Assembly: GCA_002633005.1 (NCBI GenBank)
Contig: NMRA01000008.1
Coordinates: forward strand, 1,328,584-1,392,583
DNA: 64,000 nt
Direction: 5' to 3'
Source of the DNA: Phoronis australis
Lineage: Eukaryota > Animalia > Phoronida
Shown: one piece after another, positions 51,301 through 63,821 of the stretch
How the letters are laid out: every line of letters starts with the position of its first letter
Position numbering within the stretch: position 1 is the first letter of the stretch
Translations under genes and position numbers: made by a program
The notes under the pieces: generated by a model
Database searches by the model: none
What the model was told of the DNA's origin: nothing
What the model saw: the letters and a program-made list of their open reading frames with translations, nothing else

Positions 51301-53789
51301 CAGAGTAGAACACTTTTCAATTCCAGCAAATTCTCCACAAAATCTTAACAGGAGTGGCTCCAAGCACTTTGTCAAAATCATGACAACTTGCCTTGCAAGA
51401 CCATTTATAAACAAAAAGGTGCAGCAACAAGACATTAAACTCTCATACCACAAGTTTGACAAAAATGCCATTTTACGTTGACAGATGTTTGACTAAATTG
51501 CCAGCAAGGATATAGCTACATCACTAAAAAAATACAAACACATGCCATAGTTTTATAATTGCAAATCAACAACTACACAGCTTTGGCCTTCACGATCTTG
51601 ACATTTAGTGACAAAGTTAAAATTTTATATGTCCAAACACTTCACGGTGAAAAAAGTGTTCAAATGTGACCAATAACACAGGACCCACTTGTGGCAAATG
51701 AGGTTACAGTGCCTAAAATCATACTGACCTTTTGGAATAGCTTGTCCCGACTTCACCACTTGCCATTCATGAGTAGGAATGAACACCTCAGAACTCAGTA
51801 CTTCCTCTTCGGTCTCGACCACACCATCTATAACAACAACAGATGTTTTCATTTGTCTTGGACTGTGTATAGAGTTATATACTCAAGATTTCGGAGTAGG
51901 CAACTTTTTCACAAGACTGCTCATATGTTCATGTTGATTGCTGCCGTGGTAATGCCATTTTGATTCCTTTCAAAAACTTTTTAGGGATGTAATGGCGATC
52001 TCATCGTGAATCAGTCCCGGGATCCCTCCAACAGCGAGCCACTACTTTACCACAGCACCATGAACACATCCTCAAACGTGGAAGTCTTTTACGCGATTTA
52101 CCTCATCTGGATTCACATTTATTTGCAAATATTTACCGCAAAACATACACCTACATCAAGACATTGCATTTCCATCCATCATGCTGCTGCTTGAAAGGTG
52201 TGTATTCAAATGCTAAAATGTTCAATACGTGCCATCTGTGCGGAATTAAGTGTGCGCACACTGACATGCTGACATGTAGCTTGTAATCACACTGATACAG
52301 CCCAATGACGTTTGTCAATTGTTTCGCATTAAAAAACAAACACTGCGTGACTGCAAAACATGGCATCTTTCCCAAAATATAATTTGATTGTTCCTTTGTC
52401 CATTCCGAACATCTCCTGGAAGTATCAATTTATTAAAGTCTCTCTGCAACATTCTGGGTTAAAACCTTATAGCTGACTCACCGAACAATTGACAAATGAA
52501 AACCCGAACATACTGTCTTTCCATGAATTACTTACTAGCCAATGTAAAAACATAACAAAAACAAAAAAATACAGACTTTCATTCCCAGGCAATTATGAAT
52601 ATGCTGGTTTTCAGGCCCCAAAATGTAATATGATCCAACCTCTACCTCAATAATTGTCACATTCTTGGAATCCGAAAACTGACCACGCTGAAAGTCAGGG
52701 AACCTGCCTAGTGTTTCCATCTAGTGTCAGGCATGGAATCACCCTATTCCCCATCCACATGGATGGATCAGGGAGACAATGGGAAAGGATGAAACAGGTG
52801 TCAACTGAGGTGTGTACAGGAGAGAAAGGTTATACCAGCTCATGATCATTCGTAAACATGAAACCCCTCACTACCCTGCAGCAACTCCATGTCAGAGGAA
52901 ACCAAAGTAAGAGACTATAACACTGCCACTCAAAAGAAATGCTCTGATAATCAAGTGGTTGAAATTAATTTAAGTATATCAGGGCAAAAAATATCTCCAA
53001 AGACCATTCGTAATGGGTAACTCAAACATCGATCAATTTCGACATTCATTTTTTTCATTGTTCTAACACAAATTTGTAATAGAATTAACTCCTTAGGTGG
53101 TATCCTGTAATAACACTAGTAGGCTCACACTTAACAGTTTCTTACCCAAATTTTCCCATCCGTCATCTTTGCCTGTTTAGGATTTCTGCAGTTCACATTA
53201 GGCAAACCTTATGCTAATAGGTTTTGCATGTAAGTGAATAAAAAAATGTGCACCGTTTACCCCCAGAGTATCCAGCGAAGTCCTCGGCACATAAAAGGCT
53301 TCGTGGTGCCGGCACGGATTGAAGCGAGCAAGTCGCTATTGGTGGCTGAACGTGTTAGATGAGATTTTTCCAGTCATAAACCAACATGCCTGTTTAGCAT
53401 ACAAGTTTCAAAGTCAAAAATAATAAGTAAGGCAAACGACCAGCAAGATGGTTTATAGTAATTTAAAAGCAAATACTTTGAATTTTTAAAATCGATGCAT
53501 CGTGGCTAAGCCACGAGCATTAATTTGTGAATCGATTAGGATGGGTTAGTCACAGTCTGGCTTAGGCTCGCTTGGGTGTCGGGGTAACAAAACCCCAATG
53601 TTAGCGTAGGAGTTGTACAGAAACAGATGCAGACTCACCTTCATCCATGCTGTCATCAGTGTTAGTCACGGTCAGCGCCCCCATGTGGGTGTCTTCAGAA
53701 CCAAGACAAGAGCTCCAGTAACAGGTGGTGACAAAGAGCAGTGAACTGACCACACAGGCCAACTTGATGACAGTAACACTGGTTCCCAT
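42306..53789 (-). CDS. SIL1: Nucleotide exchange factor SIL1 (BiP co-chaperone), 9 coding exons, ~459 aa
   Basis: Minus-strand exons 53789-53639, 49728-49630 (duplicate 51827-51729), 48909-48811 (duplicate 51008-50910), 47848-47751, 46970-46779, 45270-45146, 44236-43975, 43601-43534 and 42591-42306; 1380 nt in frame using one copy of the duplicated pair. Signal peptide; motifs FIPTHEWQ..GQAIPKGLHVRINLETG..EAKL, KFRSYEELK, EFLVHQVDNG, SNPKVQI, IRHFPHAQ..FLQLGG, GWC, HDSREKVL; C-terminal ER-retention-like KQEL. Confidence 0.95.
42992..43405. mobile_element. PIF/Harbinger-like MITE in the last SIL1 intron
   Basis: TIRs TGCCTGGTTGCATGAAACAGT and ACTGTTTCATGCAACTGGGCA with the 3-bp duplication CAG on both sides. 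Confidence 0.7.
47505..47690 (-). mobile_element. Degenerate tRNA-derived SINE-like fragment
   Basis: The minus strand has A-box-like TGCCATATTGG and B-box-like GGGTTTAAATCGC at tRNA-like spacing, followed by a non-tRNA body. Confidence 0.35.
48624..53050. repeat. ~2.1-kb tandem duplication (48624-50721 / 50723-53050) containing SIL1 coding exons 2-3
   Basis: Offset 2099 bp, giving duplicated ORF pairs in the track; the copies are joined by a single N at 50722; the second copy has an extra 246 bp. Confidence 0.92.
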
Positions 53790-54494
53790 CTCACACTCAG
53801 CTGCAGTAAAGGCTAAAATATCTGAAAAGGAAATGAAATGAGATTGGTGCCAAATCAGTGAGGGTAATTCCAGGCTACATAGTGCAGACCACATTCTGTA
53901 GGTATTCTGTCCTACGATAGCTTCTGAATTCCATTTCACTGCCTGCTTCAAGCTTCATCTCATATTTCTTGCAGGACACTTCAGCTATGTTTGGATTCAG
54001 AGCTGATGTTTCAGTTAATTTAAGACACACGAAAACCAGCGTTCCGTGGCATTTCTAGTGCAGTGGGCAACCATGCTCAAATTTTGAACCCTATGCTTAA
54101 TTTCTCAATTTTTGATTGGTTGTCAGGTCAGTCATGACAGTATGGTGTCTAAAACTATGAGTCAAGTGGTATCAAACTGTAAAAAGTCATTATTATGACT
54201 TTATTCAATTTACTGGCAGTGCTAACCCCACTGACTGCAGTTTGAATTAAATTTTACCATTTTATGGACATTATTGCCTAAATATTAGTTAATTATATAC
54301 AACAAATCTAAGAAAACACAGAGCATGGTGGTCTTCACTATCGGATTTAGCTGAACATTGCAAATGACACCATGACAGCATTCTGTCACTTCTTGGTAAA
54401 ACAACCCTGTACTGCACTGCATTAAACTTATCCTGTAGACAGTGTCATCGCCTCTACTTAGCAGTGAAGATGGTGGAGCTCCCATAGGCCATTC

Positions 54495-54860
54495 ATACGC
54501 CAGCAGCTTTTATGTGAATTATACCTTACACTGACTAAACCACCAAAGTCACATTGCTATAAGTACCTTTTGCGTATTGAAGGTCACCTCAGGAGGCTGT
54601 CAATGTATTTAATTCCTTCCAACTCCGATAAACACTCCCGCAATTAAACTTTTTTAGAGCAGTCCGCTATTCAGTTTCCTAAATCAGCCACTGGTCACTT
54701 TTACACTGCATGACATATGGAAGTAATTGTTTGAAAGTAATTAAAGACATCAATGGCCTAGCTCTGGAGTCCCTCTATGCGCACAAGGTACTTATAGCAA
54801 CATGATTTTGATGGCTTAATCAGCGTGAGACATAAATTCGTCGAAAAGCTTCCGGCGTAC
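54495..54860. mobile_element. MITE with long degenerate inverted arms in SIL1 intron 1
   Basis: TACGCC..AGCTTTT..GAATT..CTGACTAAACCACCAAAGTCACATTGCTATAAGTACCTT versus AAGGTACTTATAGCAACATGATTTTGATGGCTTAATCAG..AATTC..AAAAGCT..GGCGTA. Confidence 0.6.
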
Positions 54861-55653
54861 AGGCTACATTAGGTTGTGCCGTTCACCTATACTTAGCTTA
54901 TCCTGGTGATATTACTGAGGTTCTATCTCCCGTACTGTCACATGATATCAGACTACACAAGTAAATGATGCTGTTGTGTGAGACCTTGGAGTCTTGCTGA
55001 ATCTCAAGATTGCATACGCGTGAACTTGGAACACACGAGGAAACTTGACACGTTCACTCAAATAATCATGTCCACCATGTCCATGATAAACATTTGCTCT
55101 GTACTAAATCAAATTACAAGTTAATTTTAACCAATCTTTTTTCAACTATTGGCTATATTATTCACCGAACAATAATTGCTTTAACCCGACATTCACATAC
55201 TTCTCTGATTCTTTGACACAAGTTACCGTAAAGGGGAAAACAGGTGATCATGACATCATGAGGGCAATAATTACAAACATTCTTTACACTACCTGATTGC
55301 CAAAATGAATATTCAATTCCAAGTTGACGCATACACGATCTTTAAATTAAGCAATTTCACACTATCCCTTGTCAAGAAGAGTATTTAGCTTAATACCAAC
55401 TGCTCACATTGACAGAATAATTGACACTCTCAATCAACATTCACAAACCAGAGTCAGAGACGGAGTGACCAAGTCGGCGACAGGCGAGGAACACAGCGAT
55501 TTAATTTCTCGGAGTACACGTACAGGTTCCGGTTTAATATTATGGACGCTCTATAAACGATTTAAGAGACGCCAGGTACCATGTGAGTGGATGGCCATTA
55601 CGAGTGGTTTATATATACCATTCATTGGTCTCTCCTTCACAAACAAACCTTAC

Positions 55654-55720
55654 CTGGCGCTCCAGAATAGCGACACGTCAACCATGTTGAAAAGAGCGCA
55701 CCCTGTTGTGAATGGCAAAC
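55654..55720 (-). other. SIL1: Probable 5' leader exon of SIL1 containing the start of a uORF
   Basis: Strong donor CCAG|GTAAGG at 55654/55653 on the minus strand; matching acceptor TTCCTTTTCAG| at 53821, 32 nt upstream of the SIL1 ATG; caacATGg at 55685. The 5' end is approximate. Confidence 0.6.
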
Positions 55721-55920
55721 ATTTTTGACAACAAAGAATATTCCAAAAATATTACAGACTGGAAGTGACATTTAAAACAGGCACTGTAATCAAATGAAAA
55801 ACTGTTACACCATTCAAATATGAAAAGAATGGACCAAAAATGTTTAATTATCGGAACCGAACATGACGTCATATGGCGCGAGATTCTTGTATAAAAACAT
55901 CATGCGTGCTGTTGGCGATC
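55721..55920. promoter_or_regulatory. Short bidirectional promoter between SIL1 (-) and the NPL-domain gene (+)
   Basis: Only about 290 bp separate the SIL1 uATG (55685) and the NPL ATG (55976). Contains TGACGTCA (55864-55871), TGGCGCG (55874) and TATAAAA (55890). Confidence 0.6.
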
Positions 55921-55975
55921 TTTTTGGGTGTGTCGTCTTCGTTTGGTAACTCTTCAATTCTTACTAAAGTTGAAA

Positions 55976-58900
55976 ATGCCTGTCCGTGTGCTAAGAACAA
56001 CGACTGTGGGTTCCGAAAGTTCTTGCCATGCACCTGGGTTCGGTGAACTGGACAGCTTTAAGTCGTTTTTGTGGGGTAAGTTTTTAACCTACATGTGTTA
56101 GACAAGCACTGGGAATACCCCAGAGTTGTTCAACTGCTGTTCTGAGCAGACTGACTGTCTGTGTGAATGAAAGTCCATTAAATAGCAAAAATGCGGTCAT
56201 TTTTGCTTGTGTGCACTAGATGTAAATGTAGCGTAGTGTAAATAAGTATTTACAGACACACTGAAGAAGGTTGGTAGAGGCACTGGAGGCACTGGTCAGA
56301 TATTAATACCATTATTATTAACCATAATAACTTGTTTGAGGAGTGGTTACAATATTTGTATATAGATTTCTTTGTATTTATTTAACCCAGATACAATGCC
56401 TCTTGGCACTTTCTGTGTCTGTATATTTATTGTACTGAATATTTCACTAATAAACATTAAAAAAACAGTGGTTATAGTATAGTGTTGTTAGTTTTCTGGT
56501 TTTGTGGAACAATAAATGTGTAGCAAGTTATTAGTAAATCAAGGCTGTAGCATAATTCAGTGGAAAAGTAAGGCAATTCCCCCCAAGCATTATTGTGTCA
56601 TCCATCACTTTGAAATAGTAAAACAAATATTGTCCCAATTTACAAATTGGAAATAAACTGATTTTTTTTGACTATTAAAGTGGATTTCTCTGGTTTTTGA
56701 AAACGTTTCGAAAGTACTCTGTGCGTAAGGTCAAAAAACTTCATCTAGTTTGTTCTGGTCTGTTTTTTTTTTTAATCTAGTCTGTTGAGTGCCGTATTTT
56801 TCATTTAAGAATTGCTTGCCTTTTCAAAAAAGAAAATCCCCCCGAGACCAGCAAAAATGATAGATTTTTTTACACAGTTTGTCAAATCCTGCCTCCCGTT
56901 CAGTAGGACCTCGCTAAAAGGCAAGACTTCGCGAGATTACGTGAGATATTGCCGTGCATTTTGAATGAGAACACGTGACTTTGACTAGCTTTTAGCTAGG
57001 TCCTAGCGTAGGTCCTAGCGTCTACTGAACGCACGCCTGGTGTTTCAATCTTTGCTGACACATCTTCAGACAACAAATTTTCCAAAAAAATCCAGACCTT
57101 TGCTGAATTATGAATGTGAACGGGCATTTAGTTAGTGAGGGCAGGTCTCAAAATGAGTCTGGGTACAGACCAGAACCAAGTATGTTTTTTCAACCTAATT
57201 TTATAACTTTTATTAGGATGTAAGCTTGATGAGGATCATAGAGAAACAGAATTCAAGTTTTTTCGACCCGACTTAGAGGATGAAGAGGACTCTGACTACA
57301 TTGTGCATTCTCTTGCATTGAAACAGGTTTGGATAATTTACCTTAAATCCCATTTCAAAGTAACTGATAAGATATCACCAATTTTGGGCAAAAACTGCAT
57401 AGCTAAATTAGTCACTTGAGTTTTAGTATGGAAATTGGGTCTCGTTCCCTTCTGACTAGCAAAATTTTTCTCACCAGACCCAAAATTACTCTTGAATGAT
57501 AAAAAATGTTAAGCTTAGAATGAGATTCAACTGTCACAGGCTCTGCATATGTATGGTTTTGGTAGACATTTTGAAATTTGGCAATTAGTATGTTTTGTGC
57601 GAGAAAACTGGGAAAATGGATATTAGCTCTGTGACACAATGTGCAGTAAAATGACTGAAAAAAGTAGTCTCGGTGAAATAGTGAGCCCATAAAAGATTTC
57701 TCAGATCCTTACCTCGCTGTTGTGTGAAAAAATATTTCTAGTTACAATTTTTGATAAAAGTTATTAACGAACATTCTGCTAAGCGCTACGCAACATAGTT
57801 AGGCTGCTGCAGACTGTTTTTTGTCTTTTGTCGAAGCCCATTCCAACAAGTTCAGGGCTCAATGCTTAGCATAGCGTAAAATTGCCAAATTGACTTGATG
57901 AAATTCCCAGGTCACCAAATCTCATTGGTAAGGGTCGAAAATGAAATAAACTAGATTCACCTGAAGTACAAAAAAAGCTGAACTCGGCAACTGTCTACTG
58001 CAGGTGCACCAGAGATTAGATAGCATTTTTCTTTTGCTGCAAAAGAAAATTGGGAGTGCCTCGGTGACAGCCAGTTTCCCAATGATGTTGTCTCCCAAAG
58101 GCTCACCTCATCTGTCAGAGAAGCAGGGTCAGCACTTGTTACCTGTGTAAGACTCATAAATGGGCCTTTCTCCAATTGTTGCCAAATACGACTTCCTGTA
58201 GTATTTTGATTGGGTGCTCTCAGTGATGTGTGCGTCTGAGGTGGCTTTGTACGTAGTGACCTGGGATTTTTACAAGGTCGCCAAACAAAATTCAGTGTCT
58301 GCAGTTTCTCATGTTTGCAGTGTCCACTCAAGTCTTAAGTCTTTCCATGTTCATCATCATCAATATTGAATTCTTTAAAATCTCATTTCCTTTATAGGCC
58401 TGTTTACTGGGTGACGTTAAGGAGGTCTGTGTTGTTGAAATTGAAACTAATAATTTCGATGAGGAGGTCATCAAACAGCCAATCTTTAGTCTAGGTGGAC
58501 ACCAGAAAAACGTAAGAATTTTGCAAAACGTCTAGCCAGTAAGGCCATCTAGTGTTCAAGCTGGACACAATCCATTCAGGAACATCCACAATTAGAAATG
58601 AGATCAGTGAAAAATTATTATTCGGTTGTGCTGTGTATCAAGTATCAGGTATCAAGTACATGTGCATCACATTTGAATTTTACTTTAATTTTAATTAAAA
58701 TATTAATTTGAAATATCGCGGATTGTGTTTGTGTATTTAATTGAGTCATTCTGTCACAACCTCATCATTTCCGTTTGCTCTGTTGGCCCACCTCTATAGA
58801 GGTCCTGTATTTTCCGAAAGCATTTTGGTGCTGTATTACTATCAAGAACAGTTAGAAACAAGGTTGTGTGTTATAGCTCTGTTGTAGCAACCGAGCCATA

Positions 58901-61900
58901 GAACATGAGCCAAGGCTGAGTAAAACTAAATCTTAATCTGTAACAATAATGAAACATAAAAGGCAAGAAGATAATAACAGTCAGCAATTGAATCTGTCTG
59001 GTGATACAAACAAGATAACAGTCAATGGAATCTGTCTGGCAGGTACAAATAAGGTTATCACGACAACAACAACAGTTCTGGGAACCGGAAGTCACCAATC
59101 ATTGTCCGAGATGAACTGAACTGAAGTGAACTGAACTGAACTATATCTTAGTTATGCAATAGAATGACTAATTTAAGTGGTATTACTACACAAACACAAT
59201 CTTTTTGACAGAAATTTTCCAGATCCCCTAGTGCCTTGATTTTGAGCCAAATATTAACTTCATTTTGCTCTCAGAAATATTTCAAAATCCTAATACCCTT
59301 CATCATACCCAAAAATTACCTCTGTGTTTAGAACCCACAGTTCCTCGAATTGGTGGCAACTGGGGTTGACTCGCCCAAAAGTCTTTACCAGCAGGCACAG
59401 GCACCTTTACCCTAAGGTGAACTAGGGTGTTATTCCCTGACATTGTGGCCTTTGTGTGTGAATTGTGGCAGCTTAAAGCTAAATTGTTAATGACCATTTT
59501 GCCATGCAAGTCGCTGGTACTTTGCTTTCCTCTGAGTATTTGCTCTTACTCTTTGTTGCAGTGCCTCCTAGATTTGCACTTCTGCCAGACTGCACCTCTC
59601 ATTCTACGCCTCATCGAAGGCAAGGGGCCAGTCTACATCTCTGGCCTGCATCAGACAGGTGAGCATTCTCACAAAGATACAATTGCATTTGAGTAATGTG
59701 TGTTTATTGAACTGAATACAAACGCGCCTTTGTTGTTGTCCTCCGTAATATTGTTTGTTTTCAAACAATCTCGCATTTGTGTCCACATCCCTGAATGCGT
59801 TGTCAATACCAGCTGTATGCAAGACTGAGGTGATACGTACTACCCATCATTTTATTCAGTCTCATATTTGTATACCACAGCCCTGTATACACTTTTTGTA
59901 AGAGTAACTCCCCAAGATGGTAGCACAGCAGTCTTTGTTCATTAACCTCAGTTTATACTACAAGTATTGAAGGCCACCAGAACCAAAAGTACAATTGCAA
60001 CAATTATAATACTAAAGATACACTTACATTTCTTTATGTACCAATGATCTCTTACAAAATGAGTGGTAAGGGAAACTAATAACACCTTTGTCAGTGTTTT
60101 TCGTTAAACCACCAGTAATATATTTGTTGACCCTGCTCCACTATTTTCCTGCATAAATCTAACCCTTAAATCGTGGAATGCTGGGCATACAAGAAGAAAA
60201 TTATATTCATCTTGATGTTATTTGGACAGAAAAGACACACACGGTCAGAATAAGTTACAGAATTATGCCTGTCAGTTTCGACAACTAAATGATTCGCTAA
60301 ACGAAATTGCGTCAAGCATTGTGTGAATTTTATTGACCAATCCAATAACAAGTAATGTTCAAATATCTAATTTAAATTTAGGAAAGTATCTTAACTTAGA
60401 ATTATTATCATTAACCTTATATTCTTATTATACCTACTCCTTTAGCAAAACTTTTGTACAAATTAGACTGCACGTCAGTGTTGTAGGAAATATGTCGTGT
60501 TATTCTTTAACTTTGCACACTAATGTTGTATTTGTATAGGAAAGGCCATTAGCTGTTGATTTTTGAAGGATGAATTCTCAGTTGTTATTTTAGACTAAGT
60601 GATTTCTTGCGCAAAGTTTTGAAAATTAAGAGAAACTATTATTACTTTGCATTGGTTGAGTTAATATGATGAGGCTATTGCAAGAGGTCAAGTTTAGCCT
60701 GAAAATTGCTTTTGCCATTAAAAATAGCAAAAATTACCTACTGTTCGGAATTTCCTATTATCGTCCAGAAATCCCTCAACTTGATGAGGATGACTATGGA
60801 AAGTACAATGATACAGAGACAGATCTAACCGAAGAAGACAGCCCAGCCAAAGTTGTGAAGAAAGGAACAAAAAGAAAGGCAAGGGCCGCTCCTTCGAAAC
60901 GCAAGGTAAAGAAGGTATGCAGTACTCCGTTCTGCAAAAATACAGCAAAACAATAGACTAGTGCAAAACAAGAACAAAAATGTACGTTTTGTAAACTTTC
61001 CTGCGGTATGTGCATCTTTAATCCGAGGAGTTTGTACGAAAACAAGTCTACATTGGAATGTAAAATAATGAAAACCAATGCTTTCCTTTCGTTGTTTGAA
61101 GTCTGATTATTGTGCTCTATTCATTCTTATTTGGAAAAGGTTATCCTCTGAATACATTTGTGGTTGACAAGGCACTCGTTTCTACGTTTTTGCGGCTAAA
61201 ATGTCCTGTCCACATTTACGCACAGTACATATTGTACATTTACTGGTATTAACTCGCAGTGTGTTGCTGGCTTGGTTTACTGTAGCATTTTCTATATTTA
61301 TTTTTAAAAAGGCAAAACTTGGTGTAGCTTGTTTCTTAGAATGTACAATGTGCGGCAATGTCTCTTTTTGAAACACAGATTGCCAGAAAGTTTGACATCA
61401 GGCAATTCTCAGGCTAGTATTTGGGATTTTGTAAGCCCAACGCCTAAGCGAGATCAAGCCAGACTGAAGAAATTTAACCTGTTCGCTAATTTTTCTTATA
61501 ATACATGGATTTTAAAAATTGGAAGGCTGCTTTTCAATTTTAACAACAGTCATGTTGGTCGTCTGCCTTCCTTATGGTCCTTTTTGACTTTGAAACTAAT
61601 ACGCTAAACAGGTTTACGACTGCAGTTATGTCATTCAAAACGTATTCGGCCAAACTCATAAAGAGTGACTAAACACTTCAGTCCGTAACGGCGCTATCAA
61701 GCGTTTGATGTGACGAGGAATTCCTTGGATACTCGAGGGTGAACAGTGCATGCTTTCTCATGCACTAGCATGCAAATCCTGTTTAGAGTAATGATTAACA
61801 TTTGAGATCTATTTTACAACACTACAATAAGTGGTCTAAATCGGATTGTTTGTGATTGGAGATGGGCTTACCGTATAGACATTTTAAGTCATGCAAACTT

Positions 61901-63821
61901 GTCATGTAAAAACATTGCAATGTTTTTGCCAAAAAAAGTTTGAAGTAATTACTACTGAGTTTGGATTGAGGTTATGTGGTCTACGCAAACTATAAGTTTG
62001 TAACTCTGTAAAAGTATATATTCTCAACTAAAAGTAGACAGCCTTGATATTTGACTTTTCATCGATCTGCCATTATTGGGTCACATGACCATATTTTTTA
62101 GTGAAAATTAGCAAAAATAGATATGTAATTCTGAGATATGATGTTCTGAAGTTGGCCAAATTTGGATATTTGAGTCCAACATAACCTTATTGATGTATAT
62201 CTCACTTGTAGCAAGCACGATCAGAAGAGGATGAAGAGGAGGATGAAGAAGATGAAGAAGAAGACGAAGAAGAAGAGAGTATGGAGGAAGGGGGGAGCGT
62301 AGAGGAGGAGGTAGACCTCATTTTCCTGTGTTTTCTTTATTCTGAGAATTTAAAGAATCTTGGCAAAAATTCATGTGGATTACATATTTTGTGGTCGCTT
62401 CATAATTGCCAATAACAGAAGTAAACACGCCACACAAATTAACAACTAGCGAAAAATTGCTGTCAAGGTAATCGACCGGTTTGCTTCCGAGTGCTGGTCA
62501 ATGTTCCTCTCTTGGCTATTACCTTACTGGACCTTATGCATGTTGTTGGTGGTATTGAATTTGATGTTTGCGAGATGTTATTTCAGACTGAGGAGACGGA
62601 AGAAAGCCAAGAAGACGAAGAAGAGGAGGAGGAAGAGGAAGAAGAGGTCAAGCTTCCTGCCAAAGGTGTCAAGTATGTACAATGAGGACATCGCTTCTGT
62701 TACCCTGGAGACAATTTTCTTTGAAGAACTTTTTTGTCTAAAGCCTTGTTTGTACCTGTGCTAGCTCAGTAGATTGATTTTAAAGGGGAGAAAACTCTCC
62801 CAGGTATTACTTCAGTGAAATGTTTACTTTAATTTTTAGTTAGTGCTGAAAAACCACCATTTGCCTTATTAGGGACTACATTGTCAGCAGTAAACCTTCC
62901 TCTGCAGTTTGATGCATATCACAATCGTGAATTCAATATCCCAAAAATGAGAAAATATGAGAAAAGCGACTTCGATTGAAAGTTTCTTAGCTCCATGGAC
63001 ATGAATGTGACGTAGGAACGTACCCAGCGCCAGTGTGTCGTGTCCATGTGCCATATCTGCACTTCTTCAATGTCTCATGGGAAGCTAGAGCCACATCATG
63101 TAGTGGTCAAATACTAAGATGTCACAACCACCACAAATGCAATGCCTCGCCATTCCTTATACCACAAACCACTGGAAACTAACAGGAATGTCTGACAACT
63201 GAATTTTCACACTCAACACAATGTAGGATGACTTGTGCTGCAATTGGTTGTCCCCGATTTTGCGTAATATATGTTTTAGACCAATAAATGCTCATATTTC
63301 TGCATCGGCTAACTCACATATCGTCAGATAGTGTTCTAATTCAACAGCTGATTGTTTTTTGTGCTTTTGTTATGAAATTGGTGCTTTCAGGCACTAAGAC
63401 AACATTTCTATACTGAATCGGGGCCCCTAGTTTGACCCTGGGGAACAGAAAGCTGTACAGGGAAGTGCATACATACCAATAACAATTTTAAGTTACTGTG
63501 CTGATATCTGCAGTATGCAATATTTGCATTGATTCACAAAAATCTGGGAGAGGTACTTGAGGCAACCTGAGATTTGAATCCAAAATTTGTATTATTCAGA
63601 CTGGCTTCAAAGGCAACAAGTGTCGTTGAATTTCTATTATTTTCCAAACAAAGTAATGTTCCGCTTGTGAATCTTGAAAAGTTGCTAATTAGGAAATTGA
63701 AGCTTGTAACTAGTGTCGTTTGGTTACAAGGTGCATGACCCGTATTTCTTTTGTTTGTTCTTTTGATAATATGGTGTCATATTTTGGCAGGTCAAAGAAA
63801 GGTCAGGCTAAGATCACCAAG
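55976..63821 (+). CDS. Nucleoplasmin (NPL)-domain histone-chaperone-like protein with acidic and basic tracts; 3' part lies beyond the window
   Basis: Exons 55976-56075, 57217-57326, 58398-58511, 59562-59658, 60769-60914, 62212-62310, 62587-62672 and 63791-63821, all GT-AG and in frame. NPL core motifs FLWGCKL, HSLALKQACL, VVEIET, QPIFSL, LRLIEGKGPVYISGLH; then KKGTKRKAR..KRKVKK (NLS-like) and poly-E/D tracts. Confidence 0.88.
60040..60430 (-). mobile_element. Degenerate non-LTR retrotransposon 3' end (C-terminal Cys/His region) in an NPL-gene intron
   Basis: LTQFRLANHLVVETDRHN...DRVCLFC, then after a frameshift QDEYNFLLVCPAFHDLR; this matches the RxxxHxLxIExGR..RxCxxC..EDExHFLxxCP tail of LINE ORF2 proteins. 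Boundaries approximate. Confidence 0.7.

Noticed and set aside
63000-63200. Possible intronic H/ACA snoRNA (CATTCCT/AGGAATG stem followed by ACA)
   Set aside because: The upper stem is weak, there is no convincing H box, and I recognise no guide target; it would need snoReport/Infernal.
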